Part shown: piece by piece, positions 32,234-35,489 of the stretch
Position numbering within the stretch: position 1 is the first letter of the stretch
Layout: every line of letters starts with the position of its first letter
Virus record (IMG/VR): IMGVR_UViG_3300035051_000028
Reading direction: 5' to 3' (one strand)
DNA length: 35,489 bases
Origin: a virus
Program-made: the position numbers and the translations under genes
Notes under the pieces: model-generated
The model's database searches: none
Told to the model about the DNA's origin: nothing
The model's input: only the letters and a program-made list of their open reading frames with translations

Positions 32234-32487
32234 CCTTGTGGTGCCTCAAAAACATAACTTAGAACATTAGGAAAGTCTTGCATAAGTTGAAACAAGAAAG
32301 GCTCGTCTTGCATATCTTTATAAACAAGTTTTGCGACCTCTTCGCCTCTGTCTTTGATGAGAGATACAAAAGCCTTTTTTAGAGCTTCGTTATCTTCGCC
32401 GTGTTCTACGATAATCGGGAAAACAATCGCTTCCAAGTCTTTAAGCTCTCTGTTTGTCATTTGGTTTTTTTCTTTGAGAATTAGCAT
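32188..32487 (-). CDS. Tail assembly chaperone (gpG-like, zero-frame product)
   Basis: 99-aa acidic ORF directly upstream of the tape measure gene, with an AAGGAT Shine-Dalgarno. Confidence 0.7.
   Translation of the reverse strand: MLILKEKNQMTNRELKDLEAIVFPIIVEHGEDNEALKKAFVSLIKDRGEEVAKLVYKDMQDEPFLFQLMQDFPNVLSYVFEAPQGGKPQATKPQRIAKR
32227..32233 (-). promoter_or_regulatory. -1 programmed ribosomal frameshift slippery heptamer G GGA AAG
   Basis: The reverse complement of ctttccc is GGGAAAG. GGA is codon 86 in the zero frame (32487 minus 32232 equals 255, which is 85 x 3). Confidence 0.75.
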
Positions 32488-32539
32488 TAATATCCTTTTT
32501 TCATATTATAGCGAAATTAAAAGAATTTATTAAATACTC

Positions 32540-32568
32540 TTGACATTGCACAATATTTGTGTTATAAT
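32540..32568 (+). promoter_or_regulatory. Perfect consensus sigma70-type promoter TTGACA-17 nt-TATAAT with extended TG
   Basis: Read directly: TTGACA (32540-45), a 17-nt spacer ending in TGT, and TATAAT (32563-68). Confidence 0.8.
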
Positions 32569-32599
32569 TATGTTATCTAAGAAACAAAAGGATGAAAAA

Positions 32600-32770
32600 A
32601 TGAATTTAACAATTGAAATAAACGGAACTTTTAAAAAAGTAGAAGCTTTAAATGAAAGAGGTACTACACTTCTTAACAACTTTATAGATGGTGTAGTAGA
32701 AGCGAAAGAGCTTGAAAACAATCAATACAAAAGCTATTTACAAATAACTAGTTTAGCAACTATTTTATAA
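32600..32770 (+). CDS. 56-aa hypothetical protein; first gene of the tail-module island
   Basis: ATG at 32600 with AAGGAT upstream. The track's longer TTG-started ORF would overlap the promoter. Confidence 0.5.
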   Translation: MNLTIEINGTFKKVEALNERGTTLLNNFIDGVVEAKELENNQYKSYLQITSLATIL

Positions 32771-32780
32771 GGTTGTTAAT

Positions 32781-33065
32781 ATGAGTTTTATTGATAATTT
32801 AGTAAAGATTGAACATATAAAAACAGGCATTGAAAAAGATTTTGGAATGTATGATTTATCTGAAATATTAGATAGCAATGTTGTGGATTATATATACAAT
32901 TTTATAACATCAGAGTTAAATACCGTAAGATGTACAAATTGTAAATACTTAAATAAAAATAGCGAAGATAATTCATGTAATAATGATGTGATGAAGACAT
33001 ACTATGGCATTTCATTTGATGTTGATGATTTCTTTTGTGAAAAATACAAAAGGGGAATTTTATGA
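32781..33065 (+). CDS. Four-Cys small protein (paralogue 1)
   Basis: CTNCKY...SCNN...FFCEKYK motif in a 94-aa ORF. Confidence 0.55.
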   Translation: MSFIDNLVKIEHIKTGIEKDFGMYDLSEILDSNVVDYIYNFITSELNTVRCTNCKYLNKNSEDNSCNNDVMKTYYGISFDVDDFFCEKYKRGIL

Positions 33066-33337
33066 AAATAGAGGATAGAATAAACTTTATAATGAGCATG
33101 GCAACATTTACAGATGATAAATATTATCTTGATGGTTTTAAAAGAGGACTAGAAGTTGCGTATAGAGATATCTATTTTAAGACTTGTGGGAATTGCAAAC
33201 ACTGCGTAGGTTATGAAAAAATGAATTTTTTTGAATGTAATTTATTAAGTTTTGAAAACAACATGGGAAGACTTGAATACATAGAAGTAAAAGAAGATTT
33301 TGGGTGTTTCAAATGGGAAGCAAAGGATAAAGAATGA
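33062..33337 (+). CDS. Four-Cys small protein (paralogue 2)
   Basis: CGNCKH...ECNL...FGCFKWE motif in a 91-aa ORF with an ATGA overlap. Confidence 0.55.
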   Translation: MKIEDRINFIMSMATFTDDKYYLDGFKRGLEVAYRDIYFKTCGNCKHCVGYEKMNFFECNLLSFENNMGRLEYIEVKEDFGCFKWEAKDKE

Positions 33338-33705
33338 ATATTATCTTAAATAAAGAGTTATTGAGTGAGGTTCTAAATATAGAAAATGAAAGAATTTCTA
33401 AAAAAGTAGATAGGTTTTGTTTTCTACCAACAAGCAACATTATTGCAGTAGGGTACTATATGGAAGATGGATGGCAACATCTTAATATTCACGAATTAGT
33501 ATATAACTGTAAAGAGTGGGCATTCGATAAAGATATTGTTTTATCAACAGAAAAATCAAGGCTTACGGGTCTTTGGTATTGTAACTTATTTTTACCTGAT
33601 AATAATACTTTATACCCATCAATTAGTAACGATTTTGATAGCGAAACAGAACCTGAAGCAGTATTTGCAGCGTGTCTACGGATGCTTAAACATGAAACCA
33701 ACTAA
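33334..33705 (+). CDS. Hypothetical protein
   Basis: 123-aa ORF with an ATGA overlap. Confidence 0.55.
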   Translation: MNIILNKELLSEVLNIENERISKKVDRFCFLPTSNIIAVGYYMEDGWQHLNIHELVYNCKEWAFDKDIVLSTEKSRLTGLWYCNLFLPDNNTLYPSISNDFDSETEPEAVFAACLRMLKHETN

Positions 33706-34069
33706 TCAAAACTTAGCCACTTTTTACGGTGTGCATAAAAACACTATTGACAACTACAGAAATGGCGATGAGTTTAAAAGAAGATTATATGAGGCGATGA
33801 AGAGATATTTTATAGAAAATGACCCTGATACTGATATTAATTTATTTGCATCTATAAGAAATAAAGATTTTATTTTTAATTGTGATGAATACAAAAATGG
33901 AGAACATGTAATAAAAGTTAAAAGAGGAAGTCCCGTATACAGAAGAGATAGTGGATGTTCTCTAGTTCATTATCTTGATGAAAATGGGGATAGAGTGCCA
34001 TATTCTGACATTAGCTTTTTAAAGCTATATAGGAGTGGTTTAATTGTAGAAGTCACCCCCGAAGAGTGA
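33689..34069 (+). CDS. HTH-containing protein
   Basis: The start is placed at MKPTNQNLATFYGVHKNTIDNYRNG (HTH pattern). The longer track ORF would overlap the previous gene by 170 nt. Confidence 0.5.
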   Translation, partial: NMKPTNQNLATFYGVHKNTIDNYRNGDEFKRRLYEAMKRYFIENDPDTDINLFASIRNKDFIFNCDEYKNGEHVIKVKRGSPVYRRDSGCSLVHYLDENGDRVPYSDISFLKLYRSGLIVEVTPEE

Positions 34070-34072
34070 CTT

Positions 34073-34483
34073 TTATATAGCAGCTTTAAAAATACTACCT
34101 TTGAAGCTGTAGCTTACATTTTCGATATCGCTTCCGCCTGTAGTGTCTGATAATGCTACTTGAGAACAAATAGCCGAAGCCATTCCAACTGTGTATCCGA
34201 TACCTTCGTCTCTTACAAGAAGAGGGTAAGGTGTTTTAGTTAATATCTGAGCATCTATTAGTGCAATTTCTGGCGCACCTTTTGGGATTGTAACTGTAAC
34301 AGTTGATACGATACTTCCTGCATCTTCAAGTACGTGTACTATGTCACGAACCGTTGAGAATGTATCTCCATTTTGCCCGATTTCGTATGCTACCGCTGCA
34401 TCTTTTGTTAAGTTAAAAGCAGATATAGCACCCCATACGAAACTTACTTGACCCTTGACTTGTGTAATTGTTTCACTTGCCAT
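34073..34483 (-). CDS. Tail tube protein
   Basis: 136-aa ORF immediately downstream of the sheath gene. Confidence 0.6.
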   Translation of the reverse strand: MASETITQVKGQVSFVWGAISAFNLTKDAAVAYEIGQNGDTFSTVRDIVHVLEDAGSIVSTVTVTIPKGAPEIALIDAQILTKTPYPLLVRDEGIGYTVGMASAICSQVALSDTTGGSDIENVSYSFKGSIFKAAI

Positions 34484-34493
34484 CTAAGCCTCC

Positions 34494-35489
34494 TTATAAA
34501 ATCTGAACACGGTTAGTGACAAAGTGTCCTGCTACCGCTTCATTATATGTGTAGTTACCCTCAATCTCACGGAGCAAATCACCTGCTTGGAAAGCTATTG
34601 TATAGTTTTCGTCTCCCGGCTGAATAATTCCTAAGTTTTGAGCTCTCTTAAATACTGGCTTAGTAGCATTTTCTAAAAGTGCGAAGCCTTGTGAGTCAAT
34701 CGTTACCTTTTTTTGTTGAAATAAATCATAACAAATAGCTGTAAGATTAACTTCCATCCAGATAGCACCGAGTGAAGTATCTATGAAGTTGCCAGTTTTG
34801 AGTGACATGCCCTCTTTAACAAAAGCTCTACCTGTTACTTCATTTGTGCCCGTGTAAACGTTGATGTTTTTATCCATCAAAAATGCAAGTTCTGCACCGC
34901 TTAGTGTTTCAGGTGTACTTAGTAAAGGTTTAGCAAACTTAGCAGTTCTAGAGCCGATGTTTTGACCCATCATTACACCCGCCATTTTTGCAGCGATTGG
35001 GTCGGTTGCATCACTAGAATAAATAAATGACATATTACCAACGATTGTAGAGTTATCTCCACTTAGTGAGTCATACACCGCTTTGTTAACGCTTGCTGCA
35101 TCTGTTGTAGCCGCTGTTTTTGCATCTGCTTCATTTGTCTCGAACATCATGTGATAAGCTTTGTTGTACTTAGCCGCTGCGAGAGTACCATCAATAACCT
35201 GAGCTGATGTTCTTATAGTTGTATCTGCAATAACAAAAGCCCATATTAGCGTAGAATCATTTTCGATTAAATCTAAAGTTCCCACTACATCTGGGTCAGT
35301 TCCTACTACATCACGAACTGGTACAGCATAAAGATAACCACTTCCGCCCGTCTCTTGAAAATAACCTTTTGCCATGTCGTGAAAATCTTCGCCAGCAGCA
35401 AAGTCTACCTCAACACTCTCGAGGTCTGTATATAAGCGATAATCTTCTGCAAATGTAGCAGTATCTGAGATTAAAGCAACTGTTCTGTT
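34494..35489 (-). CDS. Tail sheath protein, main body (the 5' end continues across the circular junction to the ATG at 196)
   Basis: The frame stays open upstream of the track's ATG (35375) to the window edge. Its position before the tube gene supports the call. The joined product is 354 aa. Confidence 0.65.
   Translation of the reverse strand, partial: NRTVALISDTATFAEDYRLYTDLESVEVDFAAGEDFHDMAKGYFQETGGSGYLYAVPVRDVVGTDPDVVGTLDLIENDSTLIWAFVIADTTIRTSAQVIDGTLAAAKYNKAYHMMFETNEADAKTAATTDAASVNKAVYDSLSGDNSTIVGNMSFIYSSDATDPIAAKMAGVMMGQNIGSRTAKFAKPLLSTPETLSGAELAFLMDKNINVYTGTNEVTGRAFVKEGMSLKTGNFIDTSLGAIWMEVNLTAICYDLFQQKKVTIDSQGFALLENATKPVFKRAQNLGIIQPGDENYTIAFQAGDLLREIEGNYTYNEAVAGHFVTNRVQIL
35363..35489. 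repeat. Terminal direct repeat, copy 2 (identical to 1..127)
   Basis: 127/127 identity. Confidence 0.95.

Noticed and set aside
32540-32599. N-terminal extension of the first island gene (track ORF starting with TTG at 32540)
   Set aside because: That start codon is the TTG of the -35 hexamer, so the extension would be upstream of the predicted transcription start. The ATG at 32600 has a proper Shine-Dalgarno sequence.

Overview
The window is a complete, circularly closed genome of an AT-rich tailed dsDNA phage with a contractile tail. Bases 1..127 are identical to 35363..35489, so the unique length is 35,362 bp. The linearisation point cuts the tail sheath gene. Its real start (ATG at 196, minus strand) becomes visible only when the two ends are joined.

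Layout:
- One long minus-strand late unit starts near 10440 and runs through the junction. Its order is acidic small protein, TerS, TerL, tRNA-Ser(GCU), portal, MuF-like protein, scaffold, capsid, neck proteins, sheath, tube, frameshifted tail chaperone, tape measure, baseplate, fibre, and lysis genes, ending at 23117.
- A minus-strand left-early operon (16205 to 10445) carries an RHH protein, an HTH protein, a replication initiator, an AAA_25 ATPase, a primase-like protein, a Zn-finger protein, a DNA methyltransferase, RusA and a Ref-like HNH nuclease.
- A plus-strand right-early operon (16661 to 23127) carries Erf, a YqaJ exonuclease, NinB, SSB, a secreted lytic transglycosylase, a hexapeptide-repeat protein, a MazG-like protein and many small ORFs.
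- I recognised no integrase, transposase, CI-like repressor or partition genes.

Most interesting observations:
1. A G+C-enriched, multi-helix RNA-like element of about 300 nt (16325..16640) lies between the divergent early promoters and the first right-early gene.
2. A 1.5-kb opposite-strand five-gene island sits between the tail tube and tail chaperone genes. It is driven by a perfect TTGACA-17-TGnTATAAT promoter.
3. A second opposite-strand cassette in the head module encodes an RHH protein plus a zinc-ribbon membrane protein with LITAF-like topology.
4. The tail chaperone gene carries a lambda-type G GGA AAG -1 frameshift site.
5. Two families of identical start-junction cassettes are read in different frames at different copies.
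6. A 16-unit hexapeptide-repeat gene is encoded by an 18-nt tandem repeat.

The host cannot be named from sequence alone. All functional calls rest on motif recognition by eye, and no database search was run.
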